64,000 bases of DNA. It comes from Candidatus Woesebacteria bacterium GW2011_GWA1_39_21. Lineage in GTDB: Bacteria; Patescibacteriota; Microgenomatia; UBA8517. The notes below the pieces were generated by a model. That model was not told the origin of the DNA, made no database searches, and saw only the letters and a list, made by a program, of their open reading frames with translations. Below, piece by piece: positions 47,982-56,493 of this stretch. Numbering within the stretch: position 1 is the first letter of the stretch; every line of letters begins with the position of its first letter. Made by a program: the position numbers and the translations under genes. Location: assembly GCA_000993685.1 (NCBI GenBank), contig LBWP01000004.1, forward strand, positions 4,055 through 68,054. The letters are read 5' to 3'.

Positions 47982-48414
47982 ATCAGCAAACAAAAATTCT
48001 ACTCCGGGTGCAAGTCGAATACTTTTAATCTTTGCGCTTTTGATTTTAGTCGGCGTCGGCGGATATTCATTGTACAAAATCTTCCTGGATGAAACCGTCG
48101 AGGTGGGTGAAAACATTTCTCAACTTCCCCCAACTACCGCCATTGAAACTGTCCAACCAAGCCCGAGTATTTTAATGACAGTAACACCCGAACTGACGGT
48201 AACCGCCAGCCCTCTACCAACCAATATTCCAACAGCAACCGTAACACCTAAACCCTTAAGTACGGCAAATCCCACTCAACCATTAGTATCGCCAACACGT
48301 GCGGTAACACCAACTAGTACACCAGTCCCTCTACCCGTTTCGGGAAATTCATTTCCGACAATTTTTGTCCTGGCGCTTGGAATCGTCCTGATTATCCCCA
48401 TCCTGGTTTTTTAA
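47974..48414 (+). CDS. Membrane protein with an N-terminal TM, a Thr/Pro-rich linker and a C-terminal LPVSG-plus-hydrophobic segment.
   Basis: ILLIFALLILVGVGGYSL…(T/P-rich)…PVPLPVSGNSFPTIFVLALGIVLIIPILVF*. The C-terminus resembles a sortase-type sorting signal (LPxxG followed by a TM) but lacks the basic tail. Confidence 0.45.
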   Translation: MNESANKNSTPGASRILLIFALLILVGVGGYSLYKIFLDETVEVGENISQLPPTTAIETVQPSPSILMTVTPELTVTASPLPTNIPTATVTPKPLSTANPTQPLVSPTRAVTPTSTPVPLPVSGNSFPTIFVLALGIVLIIPILVF

Positions 48415-48438
48415 CGATTACTGCTATAATTTAGCCTA

Positions 48439-50088
48439 ATGGGAACTAAAAAGTGGACTCTGTTGGTTTTAGTTTTGTCATTAATTATCGGATCGTATCT
48501 TCGCTTTTACAAACTCGATTGGGGAGAGGGTTACTATTTTCATCCCGACGAGTACCACATCGTCGGTGCTGTACACCATCTAATTAGCAATGGTCTTTTT
48601 TCAAACCCACAGCTTTTTTCGTACGGATCACTCACTGTATACCTAATCTACTTCGCATACCAAATTCTCTCCCATTTTCTAGCCACTCCAAATATTTTTA
48701 TTATCGGAAGGAGCCTCTCCGCACTTTTTTCAACATTGACACTAATCATCATCTTCGCAATCTCTAAAAAAAATTTTCCAAAAAACAAATATCTACCGGT
48801 TTTTGTAGTTCTTGTATCTGCATTTGTTCCCGGAATGATTCAACAAGCCCACTATCTAACTCCAGAAACGTTTATCACTTTTTGGATTACCCTTTCAACC
48901 TACTTTTTTATTGTCTATTTTGAAAAACAAAAATTAATCAATCTGATCTTGTCCGCGTTGTCATTGGGGCTTGCGGGAGGAACAAAAATTTCAGCTTTTG
49001 CGGTGTTGCCGTTTTTTCTGACTACAATCTTTTTTTACAAATTAAAAAAGGAAATTATTTTTTCCCGGTTGCAACGCGTACTACTTTTCCTCACAACCGC
49101 TTTTGTACTTTTTTTCAGCGTTTTTCCATACAGTATCCTTGACTACACGGACTTTAGAAGTACAACAAGATACGAAAGTTCACTCGCTACGGGGGCAACA
49201 AAAGTGTTTTATACCAGAGCATTCGAAGGCTCGATCCCTTTTCTTTTTCAGATAACTAAAATCTACCCCTACACGGTCGGAGTAGTGTGCTTAGGCTTTT
49301 CTATTTTTGGAGCGATAATCACCGCAATAAAGGTAATTAAAAACACTGGCGCAAAAAGAATTAAATACCTAATTCTCGCTGGCGTTTTTTTTTCTTATTT
49401 TCTTTTCAATGGTCTCCTCTTCACGAAATGGACGCGCTTTATTCATCCGACAATCCCATTTGTGATAATTTTCGCGTTTTTATTAATCGACTACGTCACA
49501 GAAAAAATTAAAAACCCTGTCAGAAAAATTGTATCTGCAGCTCTTGTCTTTGTATTAGTTGGGGCAACAATTATTTCAGGTTCAATGTATTTTACAATCT
49601 ACCAGCGCAGCGACGTTAGGATTCAGGCAACCAACTGGGCAGCAACACACTTGGAGAAAAATAGTTACATCCTCACAGAAACTGGTAACACATTGGAGGT
49701 TCCCCTCAAGGGACAATACAATATTATCCCCTTCGATTTTTACAATGTGGACACCAGGCCACAATTATATGAAAAGCTATTAGAAAGTATTTCTAAAAGC
49801 GACTACTTCATCATTCAAAGCAGAAGAATTTACCTTAACCACAAAAATAAAAATGAATACCCTGTGGCCGTTAACTTCTACAAAAGTCTTTTTTCCGGAC
49901 AGCTTGGTTTTACGGAAATACAAAGTTTCGAATCATTTCCGCAATTAACTGTTGGTAAATTTAAATATACAATTAATGATGAAAAGTCCGAAGAAACATG
50001 GACTGTATTCGATCATCCGGTTTTAAAAATCTTTAAAAAAACTAAGGGATTTTCAATCAACCATTATGACCAAATCCTTAGACAATAA
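48439..50088 (+). CDS. GT-C superfamily polytopic membrane glycosyltransferase (PMT/ArnT-like, family 39/83-like).
   Basis: 549 aa, 10 or more TM segments. The first extracytoplasmic loop reads YLRFYKLDWGEGYYFHPDEYH (the DE motif of GT-C enzymes). Paralogous to the next gene. Its stop codon lies inside repeat copy C. Confidence 0.55.
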   Translation: MGTKKWTLLVLVLSLIIGSYLRFYKLDWGEGYYFHPDEYHIVGAVHHLISNGLFSNPQLFSYGSLTVYLIYFAYQILSHFLATPNIFIIGRSLSALFSTLTLIIIFAISKKNFPKNKYLPVFVVLVSAFVPGMIQQAHYLTPETFITFWITLSTYFFIVYFEKQKLINLILSALSLGLAGGTKISAFAVLPFFLTTIFFYKLKKEIIFSRLQRVLLFLTTAFVLFFSVFPYSILDYTDFRSTTRYESSLATGATKVFYTRAFEGSIPFLFQITKIYPYTVGVVCLGFSIFGAIITAIKVIKNTGAKRIKYLILAGVFFSYFLFNGLLFTKWTRFIHPTIPFVIIFAFLLIDYVTEKIKNPVRKIVSAALVFVLVGATIISGSMYFTIYQRSDVRIQATNWAATHLEKNSYILTETGNTLEVPLKGQYNIIPFDFYNVDTRPQLYEKLLESISKSDYFIIQSRRIYLNHKNKNEYPVAVNFYKSLFSGQLGFTEIQSFESFPQLTVGKFKYTINDEKSEETWTVFDHPVLKIFKKTKGFSINHYDQILRQ

Positions 50089-50212
50089 ACAACCGAGGGT
50101 TAAGAACCCTCGGTTTTCTGCAAAGAGCCTGCCAGCCGGCAAGGTAGGTTTGTTCACCGCTTCGCTTCAGAACATGGCCAAGAGCACTGAGTTTTCGCAA
50201 AGTTTGAATAAA
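50084..50212 (+). repeat. Intergenic modular repeat, copy C (about 129 bp).
   Basis: AATAAACAACCGAGGGTTAAGAACCCTCGGTTTTCTGC (a perfect 9-bp hairpin plus T-run, terminator-like), then AAAGAGCCTGCCAGCCGGCAAGGTAGGTTTGTTCACCGCTTCGCTTCAGAACATGGCCAAGAGCACTGAGTTTTCGCAAAGTTTGAATAAA. It contains the likely ATG start of the downstream paralog. Confidence 0.8.
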
Positions 50213-51922
50213 TTTCTATTTTTAGGAATCTTACTTTTTGCCTTCACCCTACGCGTGTATGGCATTAATTGGGATCAAAATCAACACCTCCATCCGGACG
50301 AAAGATTTTTAACGATGACCACAGAAAAAATGCTTTGGCCCAAGACGCTCGCCGAGTACTTAAGTCCGTCCATTTCAAAATTAAATCCGTACAATATTGA
50401 TGCCGGGTTTTTTGTTTACGGAACGCTCCCAACAACTTCGGTGAAATACTTTTCGGCTTATAAACTTTTCGGAAATTATCAATATAACAATATAACCCTT
50501 ACAGGAAGATTGATATCTGCCATTCTTGACACGACAGTTGTAATTTTAATTTGTCTTATCACAACTGCCATTTTTAACAACAAAGCTCTTAGCTTACTTT
50601 CATCTTTTGTTTATTCAATATCAGTTTTACCAATCCAGCTTTCACACTTTTTTGCTGTTGATACATTCTTGAACTTTTTTTTAATTTTGTCTTTTTATTT
50701 TCTAATCAGATTAACCAGTAAAAATAGGTGGGTGAATGTAATTTTACTGGGATTGTCATTCGGAGCAGCACTCGCATGCAAAATTTCGGCACTCTACTTT
50801 TTCCCAATAATTTGTTTAGGCTTTTTGTTGTTCTACCTGAAAACCAAAAGACTGGTTCGTGTTTGCGGGTATTTTTTACTTGCCGTATTCTCAATCATCA
50901 TCTCATTTCGCATCCTCGATCCACACACATTCACCGGCAATCTTTTTCCACCCAAAGTCAGTCCGCAATTTGTTCAAAATATCAAAGAATTACAAAGTAT
51001 TGCATCGGATAATTCTTTTTATCCCCCAGCAATCCAGTGGCTGAAAACAACTCCTTTGCTGTTCCCATTAAAAAACATCGTCATCTGGGGGCTTGGTTTA
51101 CCGCTGGGGATTTTATTTATAGTTTCAATTGCGTCTGAAATTTATCGACTCAAATCTTTCTACAAACTCAAGCCGGTTGAAAACATTCGTAACATTTTAA
51201 ACGGCCTAACAACAAACGACTTTGGCCGCACTTTAATCCTGATCTGGATACTTTTCCTTCTTGTATCTCAAGGTTTTCAATTTACTCCAAGCATGCGTTA
51301 TTTTTTACCAATTTATCCATTCATGGCAATTTTCGTAGCTAAATTCTCCGTGGAAAAAATATTTCCTGTATTTAAAAATCACATCCTACTTTTTACGACA
51401 TACTTTTTACTTTTGTTAATCTGGCCTTTGTCGTTTTTATCAATCTACACCCGATCTCACTCCCGCATTTCGGCATCCGAGTGGATTTATCAAAACATTC
51501 CTGCAGGTACAGTGCTTTCCTGCGACCTTTGGGATGACTGCCTGCCACTGCCCTTAGACCAAACAAAAAAACCACAACAATATCAGACTGTAACAATGCA
51601 GCCATTTGCAGTCGACAGCCAACAAAAAATTTCTGATTTCGTAAATGGATTAAAACAAATTGACTATCTTGTTCTTTCCTCAAATCGGGCTTGGGACTCA
51701 ATTCCTAAGTTGCCTGAAAAGTATCCATTTATGGCAAAATTCTATGACGATCTTTTCTCAGGCAAACTTGAATTTGAAAAAGTTGCAGAAATCACCTCCT
51801 ACCCCACAATACCAGTATTAAATATTTCCATCCCCGACCAACCGTCTGAGGAAGCGTTTACTGTTTATGACCATCCTAAAATTCTGATTTTTAAAAAAGT
51901 ATCTAAATCTTTCGAAGAGTAA
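50174..51922 (+). CDS. GT-C superfamily polytopic membrane glycosyltransferase, paralog of the 48439-50088 gene.
   Basis: N-terminus …FLFLGILLFAFTLRVYGINWDQNQHLHPDERF (the same LR.Y.(L/I)(D/N)W…HPDE loop) and about 14 TM segments. The track start (50066) reads through repeat copy C. The first in-frame ATG before the TM helix is 50174, which is inside the repeat's variable hairpin module. Confidence 0.55.
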   Translation: MAKSTEFSQSLNKFLFLGILLFAFTLRVYGINWDQNQHLHPDERFLTMTTEKMLWPKTLAEYLSPSISKLNPYNIDAGFFVYGTLPTTSVKYFSAYKLFGNYQYNNITLTGRLISAILDTTVVILICLITTAIFNNKALSLLSSFVYSISVLPIQLSHFFAVDTFLNFFLILSFYFLIRLTSKNRWVNVILLGLSFGAALACKISALYFFPIICLGFLLFYLKTKRLVRVCGYFLLAVFSIIISFRILDPHTFTGNLFPPKVSPQFVQNIKELQSIASDNSFYPPAIQWLKTTPLLFPLKNIVIWGLGLPLGILFIVSIASEIYRLKSFYKLKPVENIRNILNGLTTNDFGRTLILIWILFLLVSQGFQFTPSMRYFLPIYPFMAIFVAKFSVEKIFPVFKNHILLFTTYFLLLLIWPLSFLSIYTRSHSRISASEWIYQNIPAGTVLSCDLWDDCLPLPLDQTKKPQQYQTVTMQPFAVDSQQKISDFVNGLKQIDYLVLSSNRAWDSIPKLPEKYPFMAKFYDDLFSGKLEFEKVAEITSYPTIPVLNISIPDQPSEEAFTVYDHPKILIFKKVSKSFEE

Positions 51923-52664
51923 AAAAAACCGCCGCAGAATTATCTTGATCCGTAACTGCTTTTTTGCAAAATCTCAAAAGATACTTTTCCAGCAGTGAAA
52001 ACCCGCCCGGAAATAAAACCCATCTGTCAAACAGCCTCTTGCTAATTAACGAATCAACAGATAAATAGTGTGACAACTCAAGTAAGTGCGAATCATTTTT
52101 TCCCAGATAACCAATCTGCTCAACTACCTCAAAACCTGCTTCTTTGAAGGCTTTTTTCCAACCATCTACCGATAATAAATTTGGATGTTTTTGGATTTTT
52201 TTCAACCATTGTGCGTATCTTTTTCCAAGAAATTTTGCTCCAATAAGATAGCTCTCCCACATATCGGTCATTACACTCACATAGAATTTTCCACCTTTTT
52301 TCATCACTCTACTGATTTCATTTAAACTCAGATTAAGGTTATCAACGTGTTCCATGACACAGTTTGAAAAAACTGTGGAAAATTCTTCGCCATTAAACGG
52401 TATGCTTACTCCGTCATACGTCAAAACCCGACGATAAACCCGCGATTCTTTCGCTTCATGTAAAACAGTCTTATCAACATCAATTCCCACATCAATTCTT
52501 GAATTACCAAAAAGAACTTTTGCAAAAAATCCGTCACCACAACCAAAATCTAAAATCGGCTTTTTAAACGGCAGACGCTTTTCAAACAACCCTAGCTCTC
52601 TTGGACGAATAAAAACATAAAAAAATGGCCTATTGTTAAGATAGCTTTTTAAAAATTTTTTCAT
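51903..52664 (-). CDS. Class I SAM-dependent methyltransferase.
   Basis: Motif I ILDFGCGDGFF, motif II/post-I VGIDVD, and VMEHV; Methyltransf_11-like. Confidence 0.75.
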   Translation of the reverse strand: MKKFLKSYLNNRPFFYVFIRPRELGLFEKRLPFKKPILDFGCGDGFFAKVLFGNSRIDVGIDVDKTVLHEAKESRVYRRVLTYDGVSIPFNGEEFSTVFSNCVMEHVDNLNLSLNEISRVMKKGGKFYVSVMTDMWESYLIGAKFLGKRYAQWLKKIQKHPNLLSVDGWKKAFKEAGFEVVEQIGYLGKNDSHLLELSHYLSVDSLISKRLFDRWVLFPGGFSLLEKYLLRFCKKAVTDQDNSAAVFFTLRKI

Positions 52665-53763
52665 ACGCGGCGATTGTATCATCCGGATTAAAAATCCGAT
52701 TTATCTTTTTGTAAAAATCTTGATATTTGTTGCTACCTTTTATAACTTCTACAATTACATCCGCAAGCTTTATCGAGTCTTTTATCGGGGTAATCTCACC
52801 CATTCCACCAAGTCTTATCGGAACTCTAACTCCAGGTAAATCCGAGGCAACGACAGGACAGCCGGAAAGCATCGCCTCAACTTGGACAAAGCCAAATGAT
52901 TCCAACTTCTCCGTAGAAGGGAGAACTAAAACATCTATCGACTTGTAAAACATTGCCATCTGTTTCGCATCAAGCGCTCCCAAAAAAGAAATTTTCCCCC
53001 GAAATTTACTTATTAGTTTTTCCAAATCTTTCTGAAAACCCCCGCCAACAACTTCCTTTCCCGGCCCCGCTAAAAAGATTTTAAAATTATTTCCTAATTT
53101 TCTTTCAAGAGACGGTATTGCCCCAAAAAGATATTCGATTCCTTTCTCCCGGGCAATCCGCCCAGCAAAACCGATTTTATATTTAATGCTGGAAGGAATT
53201 CCTTTCAATTTTTGTGGAGACGTTTCAAATTTTACTGGCGGTAAGACGAACTGCAATTTATTTTCAAAACGCAGCAGGTAATTTGAATGATCCGCATAAT
53301 CCTTCGTATAGACAACAATTGTGTCGGCTAAGTAACCAATAAGTAAAAGGCTGAAATAAGTTGCCACTTCCGTAATTCGATTTATAAAACCAGGCCAGTT
53401 TGATAAATCGCAATGGTGTGTCACAACAACTTTTTTACCGAGCAGTTTTGCAACCAACGCGAGCAGAAAACCTTCAAACTGTGGTATGTGTATATTAACG
53501 ATGTCGTTTTTCAAGCTCTCCAAAAATGCTGCAAAAAGATAAGTTGGCATGATTGGTCCCCGTCCGAAAACAATCGGTGTCCAGAGCCTTTTAATAAAAA
53601 CTCCGTTTATCGCCTCGGTTCGCGGAAGTTCATTTTTGTAACGTGAGGCCAAAACGGTAACTTGGTGTCCTTTTTTAACCAGCTCTTCAGCAAGATTTTT
53701 GGCGTAGACTGTTAACCCGCTGATGTTGGGCGTGTAATAACTTAATGAAATTAAGATTTTCAT
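52636..53763 (-). CDS. Glycosyltransferase family 4 (GT-B, retaining; RfaG-like).
   Basis: C-terminal EX7E region …PSTEKLESFGFVQVEAMLSGCPVVASDLPG…, the N-terminal GT4 donor/acceptor fold pattern, and KILISLSYYTPNISG at the start. Confidence 0.85.
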   Translation of the reverse strand: MKILISLSYYTPNISGLTVYAKNLAEELVKKGHQVTVLASRYKNELPRTEAINGVFIKRLWTPIVFGRGPIMPTYLFAAFLESLKNDIVNIHIPQFEGFLLALVAKLLGKKVVVTHHCDLSNWPGFINRITEVATYFSLLLIGYLADTIVVYTKDYADHSNYLLRFENKLQFVLPPVKFETSPQKLKGIPSSIKYKIGFAGRIAREKGIEYLFGAIPSLERKLGNNFKIFLAGPGKEVVGGGFQKDLEKLISKFRGKISFLGALDAKQMAMFYKSIDVLVLPSTEKLESFGFVQVEAMLSGCPVVASDLPGVRVPIRLGGMGEITPIKDSIKLADVIVEVIKGSNKYQDFYKKINRIFNPDDTIAAYEKIFKKLS

Positions 53764-54275
53764 CGGTTTGAAAAATGCTGATGTTGATCAGAAACATAAA
53801 CCAAATCGACGTTTTTAACTTTGGACTTCAAATAATCCAGAAGCGGTTTGTCGTCATCGATAAAAACATCCAGTTTCAACCTTGTAATCATTTTTTCTTT
53901 ATACAGGTGCGGCTGTTCGTTATGCAAATTTATAAAAATTTTTTTAAAAAACTTCCTCGTTTTGTAAAATCTAAACCATTCTCTTGTTCGCTTGTTCAAA
54001 AATTGGTAGCGCGACGAAACAACAAAAAGTTCGTATTTGTTGCTCTTGTAAAGCTCCTCAATTAGTCTAATATTTTCTCTTATTGGCGGTCGCATTAGTG
54101 GATGGTGACTCGCAATCCTAATCATTATTTCCATCTCGCTTTTGGGGTAGCGATATAGAAGTTCGTGGTCAATCCTTTTTCGGACCAGTTTTTCCAAAAG
54201 CACTTGGGGAACAAAAAACGGTTTACCTATTACCACTCCGTCAAGGTCAAAACCAATCCTGATTCTTTTTTGCAT
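53760..54275 (-). CDS. HAD-superfamily hydrolase-like protein (small).
   Basis: Motif I FDLDGVV near the N-terminus and motif IV-like FIDDD. 171 aa; 4-bp overlap with the GT4 gene. Confidence 0.5.
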   Translation of the reverse strand: MQKRIRIGFDLDGVVIGKPFFVPQVLLEKLVRKRIDHELLYRYPKSEMEIMIRIASHHPLMRPPIRENIRLIEELYKSNKYELFVVSSRYQFLNKRTREWFRFYKTRKFFKKIFINLHNEQPHLYKEKMITRLKLDVFIDDDKPLLDYLKSKVKNVDLVYVSDQHQHFSNR

Positions 54276-54427
54276 TTTATATTCTCTGTATACTCCTCTT
54301 GCTCGAGTTTATTACTCTCGCAAGAGATTATATACTCACAATTCTCGTTTGCTTAATGCAAACTCGATTTTTTTGAGTATAAAATACAATACCAGATGTA
54401 ACAATTCAATTACACTGGAAAAACAGT

Positions 54428-56461
54428 ATGTTTATTAACGATCTTCCGAACATTCTAAAGTGGTGGGGTTATCTTTTTATCATTGGAGTGACTTTTTTCC
54501 CTTTAACATGGTTTGTTTTTAAAAAATTTTTCGGGGTCGGATACACGCTTTCAAAAACTTTGGGAATAATTCTTCTGTCCTATACAACGTTTCTTTTCGC
54601 AACGCTTCACATCGCAAAATTTTCGGCATTCAACATCCTCCTCTACCTGGTTGTTTTTCTTGCACTAAACTTATACATCGCTTTCAGAAACAAGCAGCCG
54701 TTCTTAAGCGATATGAAAAAAAATCTTTTACGAATAGTTCTCCAGGAATTCATTTTTGCCTTTGGACTTTTTCTCTGGTCATTTGTTCGAGCACACCAAC
54801 CGGAAATTAGAGGCTTGGAAAAATTTATGGACTTTGGATTTGTCAACTCCGCTCTAGGATCGGATTATCTGCCACCACACGACATGTGGGCGGCGGGTTA
54901 TACAATCAACTACTATTGGTTCGGACATTTCGTTACGGCGCTTCTTGCCAAACTGACAAATATACCATCCGAAATTACATACAATTTAATGTTGGCAACA
55001 ATCATGGGACTGATTCTTTCTTCAGCCGTCGTAATTACCTCAACGCTTTTTGAACACATTTCAAAAAATATTAGAGGTCGATACGTCTTTTTGGCGGGAA
55101 TTATCTCTGCATTAATTTTAGTTTTTGCTGGTAATTTCCACACACCTTTTTATATTTTAAAAAACGGCGTTGATAATTATTGGTATCCCGATGCCACGAG
55201 ATTTATTGGCTATAATCCAGAAACAAATGATAAAACGATACACGAATTTCCAATGTATTCGTTTGTCGTTGCCGACCTACATGGACATCTCTTAAATCTT
55301 CCCTTTGTCCTTCTGTTTCTGGCTTTCGCGTTCAAACTTGTGTCGGATAAAGAAAAGAACTCCTTTAAAATCAAAAATCTTATACTCCCGGGTGTGCTTT
55401 TAGGAATAATGTTTATGACTTCAACTTGGGATTTTGGCAATTACCTGTTAACACTCGGTTTTGTTTTGTTGTACTCATCTGTAAAAGATAATCATTACCG
55501 ATTAGTCAACGTCTTTGTGGAAGTAGCAAAAATATTGATTATTACCATTTCAATCGGTGTGGCGACGGCTCTGCCTTTTATAACCCATTTTGAATCGATA
55601 GCTCAGGGAATTAATTTCGTTCATGGCCACTCACCTTTGTGGCAACTTGCAATCCTCTGGGGTTTTCCCGCTGTGCTAACAGTCGTCTTTGCAAACATTT
55701 TAAAAAAGCTTGGAAAAAAACTAACAACATCCGATCTCTTTGTACTTTCACTTCTGACTTCCTCTTGGGTTTTGATCCTTTTGCCCGAGATTATTTACGT
55801 CAAAGATATTTATGCAGCAACGCACTATCGGGCCAACACAATGTTTAAGTTAACTTATCAAGCTTTTGTGATGAGTTACTTAGCTGGAGGATATATCATA
55901 GTCAGACAAATCGCACTGGAAAAATATGCCTATATTAGACGTTTTTTAACAATTTTTTGGATGGTAATTTTATATTCGATCCTCTCATATGCACAGATCT
56001 CAACAAATTCGTATTACGGACGTCTCAAAACTTATCTCGGTCTGGATGGAATAAAATGGTTACAAAACCAATATCCCGATCAGTATCAGATTGTTTACTG
56101 GCTTAAGAAAAACGCAGAAAAAAACAGTGTCATCCTCGAAGCTCCGGGGGACTCTTACACCGACTACAACGCCATTTCCGCTTACACCGGAATACCAACC
56201 GTTTCAGGATGGTTTGTTCATGAATGGCTCTGGAGAGGAACGCCAGATTTTCCACAACAAAGAGTTACCGATATTACCAATATCTATCTAACACCCGATG
56301 CAAAGCTCGCAAAAGAACTTCTCAACAAGTATCAGGTAAACTATATCATCGTCGGAACTTTCGAAAGGCAAAAGTATCCGCTTCTGAACGAGGAAAAATT
56401 TACAAAAATCGCCTCGATTGCTTTTCAAACAGGCGTGACTACCGTATATAAGCTAAACTAA
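54428..56461 (+). CDS. DUF2298 / 'YYY'-domain polytopic membrane protein (glycosylation-associated).
   Basis: 677 aa, many TM segments; GLEKFMDFGFVNS (compare the GEKPMDFA motif), LPPHDMWAAG and TINYYWFGHF (the YYYFG motif) are characteristic of the DUF2298 family, which is often adjacent to GT-C genes. Confidence 0.55.
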   Translation: MFINDLPNILKWWGYLFIIGVTFFPLTWFVFKKFFGVGYTLSKTLGIILLSYTTFLFATLHIAKFSAFNILLYLVVFLALNLYIAFRNKQPFLSDMKKNLLRIVLQEFIFAFGLFLWSFVRAHQPEIRGLEKFMDFGFVNSALGSDYLPPHDMWAAGYTINYYWFGHFVTALLAKLTNIPSEITYNLMLATIMGLILSSAVVITSTLFEHISKNIRGRYVFLAGIISALILVFAGNFHTPFYILKNGVDNYWYPDATRFIGYNPETNDKTIHEFPMYSFVVADLHGHLLNLPFVLLFLAFAFKLVSDKEKNSFKIKNLILPGVLLGIMFMTSTWDFGNYLLTLGFVLLYSSVKDNHYRLVNVFVEVAKILIITISIGVATALPFITHFESIAQGINFVHGHSPLWQLAILWGFPAVLTVVFANILKKLGKKLTTSDLFVLSLLTSSWVLILLPEIIYVKDIYAATHYRANTMFKLTYQAFVMSYLAGGYIIVRQIALEKYAYIRRFLTIFWMVILYSILSYAQISTNSYYGRLKTYLGLDGIKWLQNQYPDQYQIVYWLKKNAEKNSVILEAPGDSYTDYNAISAYTGIPTVSGWFVHEWLWRGTPDFPQQRVTDITNIYLTPDAKLAKELLNKYQVNYIIVGTFERQKYPLLNEEKFTKIASIAFQTGVTTVYKLN

Positions 56462-56493
56462 AAGCTCGATTGTACTAGCAGTTAAGTTGCAAA

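Noticed and set aside
47974-48414. Calling the LPVSG C-terminus a definite sortase substrate.
   Set aside because: It lacks the positively charged tail after the hydrophobic segment, and the motif is a single occurrence. Kept only as a low-confidence hypothesis.
50066-50173. N-terminal extension of the second GT-C paralog as called by the ORF track (MTKSLDNKQPRVKNPRFSAKSLPAGKVGLF…).
   Set aside because: This stretch is a read-through of repeat copy C; the same translation (RFSAKSLPAG…) appears in the 14095-14298 antisense ORF. Start moved to the ATG at 50174, although a non-ATG start cannot be excluded.
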